Under the pieces are notes generated by a model that was not told the origin of the DNA, did no database searches, and worked only from the letters and a program-made list of their open reading frames with translations. This document shows positions 21,401 through 31,941 of a stretch of DNA of 64,000 nt, in pieces (position 1 is the stretch's first letter; the number at the start of each line of letters is the position of its first letter). The stretch lies in contig JAJEEE010000010.1 of assembly GCA_022821145.1 (NCBI GenBank), positions 10,015 through 74,014 of the forward strand. Reading direction: 5' to 3'. A program made the position numbers and the translations under genes. The DNA comes from Acidobacteriota bacterium (GTDB lineage: Bacteria; Acidobacteriota; Terriglobia; 20CM-2-55-15).

Positions 21401-22359
21401 GCGTACTGCGACGAAACGTTCGAGCCCGTCCATTCATGAAAGCGCAGGCGTGGAGAACGCATGCGCCCGCTCGACGCGAAGTGCGTCGAGGAGAAATCCA
21501 ACTCACCGACGAGCTCCATGCCGCCCTCGAACTCGTCGTCCGGAAAGAAGTGGTTCATGAACGCGAGATCGGCAACGCCCGTATAGGCCAGCACGCCCGA
21601 GAAGGGAGGAAGAATACTGTCGATGCGGCCTTGGAGCTCGAGGCGGCTCTCGCCCGATACCGCCTCGATCCCGTGAACGAGCACGCCTCCCGGCGTGTAG
21701 TCGAAGTCCACGCCCAACGCGTAGGGAATCTGCAGCCCGTCTTCCCATGCCACCTGGCCGGCCCATTCCAGGCGGCCCGCAAGAATCCCGGTGTCTTCGG
21801 CGTAGTCGAATCGGCCACCGACGTCCGAGAGCCGGAAGTCGATGTCCACCCGCTCCTCGTCGAAGGAGAACTGTCCGCCGGTCACGTTCAGGTCTCCGAT
21901 GGCGAGCTCGAAGCGGGGCGGCTCACCCGCGGGACGTTCGGGCGGTGGCGGCACGTTCGTTTGTCCGTTGTCTCCGATTTCGAGACGAAAGCGCGGGCGC
22001 ACGATTTCCAACGACGTCAGGTCGATCTGCCGGAAAAGCAACGCGTTCCACCGGAGGCCGACCGCGACGCGCTCGATCTCGAGCAACGGCGCGTCGGCCC
22101 GATCCTCTTCGCCGCGCAGGATGAGACCGTCGATGGCGAATCCCTGGTCCATGAAATCGATTTCGAAGCGCTCCAGGGACGTTTCCAGGCCGGTCCGATC
22201 CTCGATGGCGCGCACGATGTTGTCGGCGGCCATCACGCGGAAATCGTCGGAGCCGAGGAAGTACACGAGACCGGCCGCCGCGGCCAGCAATCCGAGAACC
22301 ACCGCCCCCATCGCGGCCAGAACCCGACTTTTCCGGATCTTGCGAAACTTCACGTTCAC
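18466..22359 (-). CDS. TamB/AsmA-like translocation and assembly module protein
   Basis: N-terminal TM anchor, long beta-rich body, C-terminal DUF490-like region (LSSDPPL-like MSSDPPLPQLEIVSL). Confidence 0.85.
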   Translation of the reverse strand: MNVKFRKIRKSRVLAAMGAVVLGLLAAAAGLVYFLGSDDFRVMAADNIVRAIEDRTGLETSLERFEIDFMDQGFAIDGLILRGEEDRADAPLLEIERVAVGLRWNALLFRQIDLTSLEIVRPRFRLEIGDNGQTNVPPPPERPAGEPPRFELAIGDLNVTGGQFSFDEERVDIDFRLSDVGGRFDYAEDTGILAGRLEWAGQVAWEDGLQIPYALGVDFDYTPGGVLVHGIEAVSGESRLELQGRIDSILPPFSGVLAYTGVADLAFMNHFFPDDEFEGGMELVGELDFSSTHFASSGRMRSPRLRFHEWTGSNVSSQYAYTFPDGVLTADNLEADAFGGRATGAVRVLPLPGPSRAELDLAYQDIDAALLRGFYPWGPDPVLDSSVSGTMAGWFRGRFDDFDLSGEAAFSPSEPTAPGAALHLPVAGTTFYRGRPGEVELQGMAGQLGATSLEASGLVGAEGVDLTVDLVSGDLTDLAFVDPRARGTGSFAGSIRGSWPRPDAAGRFTLEGYEFEVGGSGPLPIDRIAGRIELAGDVAALDAVRLDVGESHLVIDGEIDVRTLEPALDVEVDAVDVSEIADRMAVPAAGRLSGRLRVDSLAPIEASGLVQVAGLEYDGIGLGDAASDVTVNGDTVRLRNARLRQGPSTVTGDLEFDRATGALDSTLQASGHELAAFRWLGVPDALGGTVRTADFTIGGTPANPLIDGRAVIDDLRFREQAFDEAVVTVSTVDDADGSPLTAARIEMGSDLRIDVELDTFDDNYPFAGRAAFTRYDAAGIVGMAPGTVLVTGMARFDGELNDLESIDGEGEVAELRVFLDEEAIASPPFPFDFDAEEVRLSRVELAGEVTSMTIDGDVSLAADSEIDFAVNGDVNLTLLSSSVLSARFPNLETSGTLSISGSVVGTLANPELDGFAVLNSAAISHPDLFLGLSELNGDIQFTGDQINVFDVTGVAGGGAVTVGGAIGVEGIRPSRLDLQAEGRDIRVRTPQGLRAAFDASLSLRGTLESPALDGNADISSLSFEESFEEFLTLFGESSGGGLSADAGLFDALVLAVHVQGERGIRIENELARVDARLDLDIGGTLGQPTLTGRVESIDGVLDLQENRYLITRGTVDFVDPVGIEPRIDVQAETELRDYRVILTITGTGSDIQMAMSSDPPLPQLEIVSLMAGGRTREELAGASNAGAVPTSEELFQGAAATLVSDLLSERVGSRFGLGSLVRIDPFLVGAENDPAARITISEQVTRDLIVTYSQDLSSNRQEIILIEYFLNNRTSFIASRDETGAVGLDIRLRTRFR

Positions 22360-22961
22360 TCCACGATCTCCACCCGGCTGCGTTCCGGCAGGCCCGCGGC
22401 CCAGGTTTCCGCTTCACGCAGGATCGTCTCCAACCGAACCAGCTCCTCGACGACGCCGGCCGCTTCATCCAGCGTCAACTCGAGGCCGCGCTCCGCCGCT
22501 TCGGGGGCGAAGACGGTGTCGAAATAGAGCTGGACCTCGTCCTCGCTGACCGGTTTCTCGAAACGGATCCGAAAATAGCGCAGGCTCTCGATGCGCTCGC
22601 GGGCGCCCTGACGCAAATCCTCCGCAGACAGCGGAAAGCCGGGGTCTTCCCGCAGAGAGAAAGCGGCCAGGAAGCGATCGATGTCCTGTTCGGTCGCCGC
22701 CAGCCCGGGCACACGGGCCACATAGGTGCGCACCAGCATGTCTCCGATCACCCGGTCCAGGAGCGCACGGTCGCTGGCCGGGAGGTCGTCTTCTTCGAAG
22801 GAGGCCGCCAACGCCCGGTACCGGGCCAGGTCGCCTTCGGTGACAACCTGTCCTTCGACGATGGCCAACATGCGATCGACGACCTGGGCCGAACCCGGAC
22901 CCGCCGAGGCCAGGACCAACGCGACGGCGAACGATGCACGCGATTGGACCCAAGCCCGCAT
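22356..22961 (-). CDS. SurA N-terminal-like periplasmic protein
   Basis: Signal peptide then VVDRMLAIVEGQVVT; no PPIase motif; overlaps both neighbours. Confidence 0.65.
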   Translation of the reverse strand: MRAWVQSRASFAVALVLASAGPGSAQVVDRMLAIVEGQVVTEGDLARYRALAASFEEDDLPASDRALLDRVIGDMLVRTYVARVPGLAATEQDIDRFLAAFSLREDPGFPLSAEDLRQGARERIESLRYFRIRFEKPVSEDEVQLYFDTVFAPEAAERGLELTLDEAAGVVEELVRLETILREAETWAAGLPERSRVEIVE

Positions 22962-25693
22962 CAGAACGCGTGCCCCAGGGTGAGAAACGCCTTGTTCAGG
23001 CTCTCGCCCGGCTGCCTGTTGAGATTGAACCCCAAATCGACCCGGATCGGGCCCAGCGGCGTCTGGTAGCGAAACCCGAGGCCGAGCGTATGCGTGAAGT
23101 CGCCGAAGCCGAAGTCCGAGATGCGTTCGAATACCGTCCCGGTGTCGTAGAACACGGCGCCGCCGACGCCGGAGAACAGGAACGGGATCGGAAAGCGGTA
23201 CTCCAGGTTGACGATCGCCAGGGCGTTGCCGCCGGCCGGGGCGAGCCGGACGCCCCCGGGCGAGTCCGGATCGAAGCGGGACGCGCCGATGGGACCGGCG
23301 TCATCCAGGCTGAAACCTCGAAGCGTCGTCGAACCCCCGGCGAAGTAGCGTTCGGTGATCGGCAGCGACTGCGTTCGCCCGTACGGCTGGTTCCAACCGA
23401 ACCGCGCCGACGCGGCGATGACCGCGCCCTTCGCGGGCCGGAACAGGCTGAACTGAGTGAACACCGACGTGAAATTGATCTCGGACCCGAGAGCACTGTT
23501 CGCGAACTGGAACGTCCCGGTGAAGTAGTTCCCGCGCGAGGGATCGAAGACGTCGTTGCGCGTGTCGCGGATGTAGGACGCGCCCACACGGGAAATCTGG
23601 TAGACGCCCACCTGGTCCGGAAACGCGTCGGTATGCCGGTTGTCACGTATGTCGCGAAGGTTGACCGTCTGATAGCTCGCCGTCAACAGCAGGCTGTCGT
23701 CGTTGGCGAAGCGCTTGAGCGACTGGAACGAGAAGTCCACCTTGCTCGCGTCGAACGCCGGCTGCCGCGCCCGCTCCACGAACAGGGACGCGAAACCGTC
23801 CAGCTCCCAGTTGAACAGGCGGGGCTCGCGATACGTTGTCTGGAAGCGTTGCTCGCGCCGGCTTCCGCGGATCCGTGCGCTGATGGAGCGATCCAGACCC
23901 CAGAGATTGGAATGCGTGACTTCGACCGTGCCTCGGATCCCCTCGCGATCCTGTGCCCCCACCCCGTAGGTCAGGACGACGGGACCGGCGTCCTCAAGTT
24001 GGATCAACACGTCCCGCTCCCGAAGTTCCGGGCGTTCGAGGGGCACGATCTCGACACGGTTGAACAGGCCCGTGGCATACAGTTGGCGTTGCGCTTCGAG
24101 GATGGCCTCCGGATCGAACGCGCGTCCGCTTTCGAGCCCGCTGTTGCGGTGAACGATCTTTTCCTGCGTCCGCGTATTGCCGGCCACGAAGATGCGCCGG
24201 ATCGTCGAGGCCGGGCCTTCCGTGACCCGATACGTGACGTCGATGCTGTCGTCGCCTGCGGGCTCCACGATCGACTCCACGCGAACGGCGTCGTGCCCGC
24301 GCTCGTGATACCGCGCCGTAATGGCGCGACGCCCCTCCTGGACGAGACCCTGGCTGAAGAACTCCCCGGAAGCCACGCCCGACCAACCGGCGACATCCCG
24401 TGCATCGTACGCCCCGGCGCCCGCGATCTCGACTTGACCCACTCGAAGGCGCCGGCCTTCGACGATGCGGACCGCGACGGCGATTGCTCCCGAGCCGCGA
24501 GAGGCCTCGGCCGTGACGGTGGTGCCCGTGAATCCCGACGTCCGGTAGAGTTGCCGGATCATCTCGGCCGCTTCCTCGAGCAGCGCCTCGCTGAAGACGC
24601 CACGGCTGAACAAGCCGTCGGAGGTGATTCCGATGCGTTCGTACAGCATGTCGTCCGCGAAGTAGTCATTCCCTTCGATTCGGACTTCCCGGATCGCGAC
24701 ACGGTCGCCGGTCGTGACGACGTAGTCCACGGAATGCGACGACTCCGGGCCCGGCAGCTCGTAACCGGCGACGACCCCCGCCTCGAGAAATCCCTCCCTG
24801 AACAGGTGTTCCAGCAGAGCCCGCCGGCCTTCCTCGACGAGATCGGCGTCCACGCGGCGCTCGTCGTAGAAGGGCAGAAGCTCCTCCCGCAGATCGCGGG
24901 ACAGGTCATAGCCGGTGACGTCCAGATCCAGGCGGTCACCGGCTTCGACGGCGATTTCGACGTCTACGGCGTTGGACTCCGGATCGTAGTTCTCCGCCTC
25001 GACCGTGAGACGCGTACTGATGTAGTCCCGCTCCGAGAACAGTTCCGCCACGGAAGCGAGCCGTTCGTCGATGCGCCGCCGCTCGAACCGTTCGCCGGCT
25101 TCGACGTCCAGGGCGTCCCGAAGCGCGTCGACCGGGAACGCGTCCTGGCCGGCGAACTCGATACGGCCCACCACGGCGCGCGGGCCGGGCTCGACGCGGA
25201 GCGTGGTCGTCACCAGCCGCGTGGCGGGATCGAAATCGAGAATCGGCTCCACTCCCGCCTGGAAGTGTCCCAGGCCCTGAAGCTCGGCCCGGATCCCGTC
25301 CACGATCCGATCGACCTCGTTCCGGGAGAAGCGTCGTCCGTAGGGAAGGGTGACATAGCTGGAGACGGCCCGTTCGAGAACGGTTTCCGGTTCCAGGCGG
25401 ATCGTCGCGAAGAAGTAGGGCGGCTCGACTTCGAACACCAACCGCGTGCCCGCCGGCCCGGACTCGGCGCGGACTTCGATCCGGCCGTATCCGGCCGCCT
25501 GGTAGAGGGACTGGATGGCCTGCCGCAGCGCGGCCGGCGTCAACCGATCCCCGGTCCGCAGGCTCAACGCGTCGGCCGCGTCCGGATCGCCCCCCCTGAC
25601 TTCGATCGACGCGACGCGGGTGTCATAGGGAACCTGCGCGGCCGCGGCGAGCGACGACCATGACACCAGCGCAATGATGCGGATCGCCCTCAT
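22961..25693 (-). CDS. Omp85-family (BamA/TamA-like) outer membrane protein with multiple POTRA domains
   Basis: Repeated I.F.GN POTRA starts; ERYFAGGSTTLRGF, G.RY.TP.GPIR.D, C-terminal F. Confidence 0.9.
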   Translation of the reverse strand: MRAIRIIALVSWSSLAAAAQVPYDTRVASIEVRGGDPDAADALSLRTGDRLTPAALRQAIQSLYQAAGYGRIEVRAESGPAGTRLVFEVEPPYFFATIRLEPETVLERAVSSYVTLPYGRRFSRNEVDRIVDGIRAELQGLGHFQAGVEPILDFDPATRLVTTTLRVEPGPRAVVGRIEFAGQDAFPVDALRDALDVEAGERFERRRIDERLASVAELFSERDYISTRLTVEAENYDPESNAVDVEIAVEAGDRLDLDVTGYDLSRDLREELLPFYDERRVDADLVEEGRRALLEHLFREGFLEAGVVAGYELPGPESSHSVDYVVTTGDRVAIREVRIEGNDYFADDMLYERIGITSDGLFSRGVFSEALLEEAAEMIRQLYRTSGFTGTTVTAEASRGSGAIAVAVRIVEGRRLRVGQVEIAGAGAYDARDVAGWSGVASGEFFSQGLVQEGRRAITARYHERGHDAVRVESIVEPAGDDSIDVTYRVTEGPASTIRRIFVAGNTRTQEKIVHRNSGLESGRAFDPEAILEAQRQLYATGLFNRVEIVPLERPELRERDVLIQLEDAGPVVLTYGVGAQDREGIRGTVEVTHSNLWGLDRSISARIRGSRREQRFQTTYREPRLFNWELDGFASLFVERARQPAFDASKVDFSFQSLKRFANDDSLLLTASYQTVNLRDIRDNRHTDAFPDQVGVYQISRVGASYIRDTRNDVFDPSRGNYFTGTFQFANSALGSEINFTSVFTQFSLFRPAKGAVIAASARFGWNQPYGRTQSLPITERYFAGGSTTLRGFSLDDAGPIGASRFDPDSPGGVRLAPAGGNALAIVNLEYRFPIPFLFSGVGGAVFYDTGTVFERISDFGFGDFTHTLGLGFRYQTPLGPIRVDLGFNLNRQPGESLNKAFLTLGHAF

Positions 25694-25781
25694 GAGTGTT
25701 TCGACGGTCCGAAACACGAAAAACCGCCGGGACAGGGTAACAGCGGTGTAATTTGTCGGCGGACCGGGCCGGCCGGTCCGT

Positions 25782-25973
25782 TCAGGCCGGCTTGACGATT
25801 TTTCCGTTGCGGATGCAACTCGTGCATACGCGCATCCGCCGAGGCGTCTTGCCGTCAAGGACGCGAACGCGTTGAAGGTTGGGGTTCCATCGCCGGTTCG
25901 TCAGGTTGTGCGCATGGCTGATCCGATGACCGTACATCGGACCCTTGCCGCAGATCTCGCATCGCTGGGCCAT
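25782..25973 (-). CDS. rpmB: 50S ribosomal protein L28
   Basis: [34 protein letters not shown]...VCTSCIR; GAGGAG RBS. Confidence 0.95.
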   Translation of the reverse strand: MAQRCEICGKGPMYGHRISHAHNLTNRRWNPNLQRVRVLDGKTPRRMRVCTSCIRNGKIVKPA

Positions 25974-26154
25974 TCTCGGGAACTCCTCGTACCGATACCC
26001 CGTCCGCGCCCGCGCACGGTTTCGGGCAACCACGGAACCCGGAAATTATAGCAGACCGCGCCCGCGTCCGGCCGCGGCGAACGCGACGGCCGAAGCGTGC
26101 GGCCGCGTTTGGCGGCGCTGATAGAATGTTCTCGACGCCGATCCGTCCCGCGCC

Positions 26155-27186
26155 ATGAAACGCCTGACGCAAAGCCTGAGGTTGGCCGTGACGGCCGTTT
26201 GCGCCGGTATCGCCGCGTGCGGTACGGCCGGCATCGACACGGCCGGCGTGGCGGCGCGCGTCAACGGCGTCGACATCGCCACCGCGCAACTCGAAGAGGA
26301 ATTCGCGTTCACGATCCAGGGCCTGGAGCCCGCGCCCGACGTGGAGGAGGCCGACGACCTGAAGCTCCAACTGCTGAACGACATGATCACCAACGAGATC
26401 ATGATGCAACTCGCCGCGGAGCGCGGCTTGATGGCCACCGACGCGGAGGTGGACGCCCAGTTCAACGAATACCGCGCCCAGTACTCGACCGCACGGTTCC
26501 AGGAATTGCTCGATTCGCAGGGATTGACACGGGACGAGGTCCGCGACGACCTGAGGGTCTCGCTGACGATCGAGAAGCTGGTCAACATGGAGATCACGTC
26601 CCGGATTACGGTCTCGGACGAAGACGTCCGGACTTTCTTCGAACGCAACGCCGCCAGCTTCGACTTCCCCGAATCCTACCTGATCGCCCACATCCTGATC
26701 ACGCCGGTCCGCGACGAGGCCGTCAACAACCTCGAGGGCGACGACGCCACGACGCTGGACGAGGCCCGGGACAAGGCGGCGCGGCTGCTCCGCGAGATCC
26801 AGGACGGGCAGGACTTCGGCATGATCGCCCGGCGCTATTCGGAGGATCCCTCGTCCGCGCCGGCCGGCGGCGAGCTCGGTTTCCGGCCGATCGAGTCCAT
26901 CGCCGGCCTGGACCCGGCCCTGGCCGAGGCCGTGCTCCGTCTGGACGTCGGCGAGACGTTGCCTGCGCCGGTCGAAACCGGTTTCGGGCTCCACCTCGTG
27001 AAGCTGCTCGACGTGGACGCGGGCGGGCGGAAGGACCCGAGCGACCCGCGCATCGAGAACGACATCCGGCAGATGTTGTTCGCGCGCCGCGACCAGTTGC
27101 TGCGGGGGGCATTCTACGAGAAGGCCCGGAACGACGCCGAGGTGGAGAACTACTTCGCCGAGCGGATCCTGGAACGGGCCTACTGA
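26155..27186 (+). CDS. SurA/PrsA-like parvulin peptidyl-prolyl isomerase lipoprotein
   Basis: Lipobox IAAC; AHILI, DF..IARRYSED, GGELGF, PVETGFGLHL. Confidence 0.85.
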   Translation: MKRLTQSLRLAVTAVCAGIAACGTAGIDTAGVAARVNGVDIATAQLEEEFAFTIQGLEPAPDVEEADDLKLQLLNDMITNEIMMQLAAERGLMATDAEVDAQFNEYRAQYSTARFQELLDSQGLTRDEVRDDLRVSLTIEKLVNMEITSRITVSDEDVRTFFERNAASFDFPESYLIAHILITPVRDEAVNNLEGDDATTLDEARDKAARLLREIQDGQDFGMIARRYSEDPSSAPAGGELGFRPIESIAGLDPALAEAVLRLDVGETLPAPVETGFGLHLVKLLDVDAGGRKDPSDPRIENDIRQMLFARRDQLLRGAFYEKARNDAEVENYFAERILERAY

Positions 27187-27212
27187 GGGCGGGCACGGCC
27201 ATACACGAACGG

Positions 27213-27715
27213 TCAGGCCCCCACCACGACCAGCAACTCGCCGGCGTCCACGGTCTGGCCCTCGGCCACCGCGATGCGCTCCACGACGCCCGGCCCGGCG
27301 GCGCGAATCTCGTTCTGCATTTTCATCGCCTCGACGATGACCAGGCCGACTCCGCTTTCGACGGCCGCGCCCTCCTCTACGAGCACCCGAACGACGCGGC
27401 CCGGCATCGGCGCCCGGACCTCTCGGCGGCCGGGCCGCCCAACGCCTCCGCGGCCGGCCAGGATCGCGCGCCGGTCCAGCAGCTCGACGCGCAGGCTCCG
27501 TCCGCCGACGCGCACGTCGTATCCACCGTCGACGGCCGCCACCTGCACTTCGACCGAACGGCCGTCCCGCACCGTCCAGAACACGCCGGGCGCGACCTCC
27601 CGCAACGCGATGCGGTAGTCCCGGCCCTCAACGGTGGCCTGCACCGGATCGAGGTCCGTCGAATGCAGCTCGACCTCGACTCTTTCGTTGTCGGCCCCGA
27701 CGATCGCAACGTACT

Positions 27716-27719
<4 letters not shown>
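27213..27719 (-). CDS. Biotin carboxyl carrier protein
   Basis: APMPG, EAMKMQNEI biotinylation motif; GTG overlaps the accC stop. Confidence 0.9.
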
Positions 27720-29236
<1,517 letters not shown>

Positions 29237-29240
29237 CGTC

Positions 29241-30656
29241 CTATCCAGGCGGCCGCCGCGCGGACCATCCCGCGTCCCGCTCGTAAGCATGCGCGGCGCG
29301 AAGCACCCGCGCCTCGTCGAACCGCCGTCCGATCATCTGGAGGCCGATGGGCAAACCGGCGTCCGAAAACCCGCACGGAACGGAGATCGCGGGCAGACCC
29401 GTCAGGTTCGCCAGCCGCGTCATGCGCGTCAACGCGTGCAAGACGGTCTCGTTCCCGTCAGCCCATTCGATCGCGGTCTGATCGACGGCCGGCGCGGTGA
29501 TCGGGAGCGCGGGCAGCGCGAGCAGATCGACCGACCTCAGAACGGCGTCGACGGCCGCCGCCAGCACGCGGCGCTCGCGCTGGGCGCGAACGTAGTCCAC
29601 CGCCCGCAACTCCTTGCCCGCGGCGATCCGCTCGCGGACGTCGTCGCCGTACATCCCGGGGCTGGATCGGAGACGTTCCTCGTGGCGCTCGAACACCTCC
29701 GCGGTCGCGATGGCCTTGAATATCGTTTCGTAACCGTCCGTGTCCGGCACGCCGACCTCGACGCGTTCCGCGCCCAATCCGCCCAGCGCGTCCAAGGCCG
29801 TTTCGACCGCGGACGCGACGCCCGGCTCGAGCCGGTGGAAGAAGGCGTCCCGCGGCACTCCGAGCCGCATCCCCGCGACGCCGCCCTCGAGCTGTTGCGA
29901 ATAGCGTCCGGCGGGCGCGTCCGCTGAGAAGGGGTCGCCGGGATCGTGGCCGGCCACGGCCTCCAGCAGGAGCGCGGCGTCCGCGACCGTTCGCGCGATC
30001 GGCCCCACGTGGTCCAGCGACGGCGACAACGGAATGACGCCGCGGACGCTGACGCGCCCGTAGGTCGGCTTGAGGCCGACGGTTCCGCAGAGCGCCGAGG
30101 GAATGCGGATCGACCCGCCGGTATCGGACCCCAGCGATCCCAACGCCATCGAGAGCGCGACCGACGCGGCCGAACCGCCGCTGGACCCGCCCGACATCCG
30201 CTCTAGGTCCCAGGGGTTGCGGGCGGCGCCGTAGTGCGGGTTGACGTTGGTCACGCCGAAGGCGAGCTCGTGGAGGTTCGTCTTCCCGACCAGGACCGCG
30301 CCGGCCGCGCGCAGGCGCTCGACGACGCACGCGTCTTCGGCGGGAACGCGGTCCTCGAAGACGCGCGAGGCGGCCGTCGTTCGGACGCCGGCGGTGTCGA
30401 TCAGGTCCTTGAGCGAAATCGGAATGCCGTGGAGCGCGCCGCGGTCCTCCCCGGACGCCAACGCCCGGTCGGCGGCTTCGGCCTGGGCCAGGGCCCGATC
30501 GTCGGTCACCGTGATGAACGCATGCGTTCCGGCATTCAGCGCGGCGATCCGCTCCAGCGCCGCACGCGTCAACTCCAGGGACGAGATCGCGCCGTCGCGA
30601 ATGCGCTCCGCGGCCGAAACGATCGTCAGCGACCGCAAATCGTCCGGCGTCACCAT
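29241..30656 (-). CDS. Amidase-signature family enzyme
   Basis: [32 protein letters not shown]; lacks GatA-specific SNLARYDG. Confidence 0.9.
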   Translation of the reverse strand: MVTPDDLRSLTIVSAAERIRDGAISSLELTRAALERIAALNAGTHAFITVTDDRALAQAEAADRALASGEDRGALHGIPISLKDLIDTAGVRTTAASRVFEDRVPAEDACVVERLRAAGAVLVGKTNLHELAFGVTNVNPHYGAARNPWDLERMSGGSSGGSAASVALSMALGSLGSDTGGSIRIPSALCGTVGLKPTYGRVSVRGVIPLSPSLDHVGPIARTVADAALLLEAVAGHDPGDPFSADAPAGRYSQQLEGGVAGMRLGVPRDAFFHRLEPGVASAVETALDALGGLGAERVEVGVPDTDGYETIFKAIATAEVFERHEERLRSSPGMYGDDVRERIAAGKELRAVDYVRAQRERRVLAAAVDAVLRSVDLLALPALPITAPAVDQTAIEWADGNETVLHALTRMTRLANLTGLPAISVPCGFSDAGLPIGLQMIGRRFDEARVLRAAHAYERDAGWSARRPPG

Positions 30657-31825
30657 AGGCTCTGGCGCGCCCGAACCCCGTAGGGAATCGAGACCAGGAA
30701 GAGGAAGAGCATCAGCACTTCGGAGTCGCCGAAGTTGTATTCGAACAGGCCGGCCGTCGTGAAGGCGACCAGCACCGACAGGCCGGCGACCCCCGTCCAG
30801 CGGGCGATTCCGTCGGCGGAACGCGCAAAGCGAACCATGTCCATCCCGATCCGGACGAGCAGCCACAGGAAGGCGGCCAGTCCCAGGAGACCGCGTTCGG
30901 CGGCGATCTGGAGAAAGTTGTTGTGCAGATGGCCCGTATAGAGGTCTTCGATGTCGTTCCCCCGGTAGTAGTCCGCGAACTCGAAGGCGACCCGTTCCGG
31001 CCCGACGCCGAACAGCGGGTCATCGCCCACCATCCGGGCCGCGACGGCGGCCATCTCGATGCGGCCGCTGTCGGGGGCGAACACGCCATCCGTGAAGCTC
31101 ATCGCGACGCGGTTCCAGACCAGACCGGCGCCCAGGACCGCGATGGCGCCGATGGGAATCAGCACGCGCGCCATCCTCCGGAACGACACGGAGACGGCCG
31201 AAACGCCGGTCGCGGCCAGCGCCCCGAGCCAGGCGCTCCGCGTAAAGCTGAACAGCAGGGAGGCGCCGATGAGCACCGCGCCGATCCGAAACAGGTTCAG
31301 GCTCAAGACCGCCAGGAGCGGGAGCACGAACGACCAGACCAGCATCTGTTCCCCGCTGAACGTCATCCAGTGACCCATGAATCCCGTGGCTCGCGCCAGC
31401 ACCGTGGGATCGTCGGCCAGACTCCCGGTGGACCGGTAGACGGAATACTGGAGGCCGAACTGCACCAAGCCCGCGACGGCGGCGGCCGACGCCACCGCGA
31501 TCGTCACCATGACGGTCTGCCGCAACCGCCGCTCACTGGTCACGAACGTCGCGGCCAGGACGCCCATCGAGAACAGGACGAACTTCCGCACGGGACCCAG
31601 CCCGACGGACGGGTCCGCCGACATCGCCAGCGATACCAGCGTTGCGGCCGCGAACGCCGCCAACGGCACGAAGTACGCCGGCCACCGGGGCGCGCGGGGA
31701 CGCAGTATGAGCCACGCCGTCAAGGTGAGCGTCAGCAGGATCTGGGCCGCCGCGATGGAAACCAGCGTGGCCGCGCCCGTCGCGAGCGTAAGACGGAACA
31801 TCCATTCGTCGGCGGTCGCCGTCAT
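30650..31825 (-). CDS. O-antigen ligase (WaaL/Wzy_C) family protein
   Basis: Multi-TM; TRSAW, PLFGVG, HLHNNFLQIAAERGLLG. Confidence 0.85.
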   Translation of the reverse strand: MTATADEWMFRLTLATGAATLVSIAAAQILLTLTLTAWLILRPRAPRWPAYFVPLAAFAAATLVSLAMSADPSVGLGPVRKFVLFSMGVLAATFVTSERRLRQTVMVTIAVASAAAVAGLVQFGLQYSVYRSTGSLADDPTVLARATGFMGHWMTFSGEQMLVWSFVLPLLAVLSLNLFRIGAVLIGASLLFSFTRSAWLGALAATGVSAVSVSFRRMARVLIPIGAIAVLGAGLVWNRVAMSFTDGVFAPDSGRIEMAAVAARMVGDDPLFGVGPERVAFEFADYYRGNDIEDLYTGHLHNNFLQIAAERGLLGLAAFLWLLVRIGMDMVRFARSADGIARWTGVAGLSVLVAFTTAGLFEYNFGDSEVLMLFLFLVSIPYGVRARQSLW

Positions 31826-31941
31826 CGGGCGGGATTCTAACACCGCCGCGGACAACGAATACCGTTGGTCCAGCCGGCTCCGGAAACTACAATGTCACAT
31901 TGCCTCCGCACTGGCAGGGGCGCAACACACCTGGAGGATCC

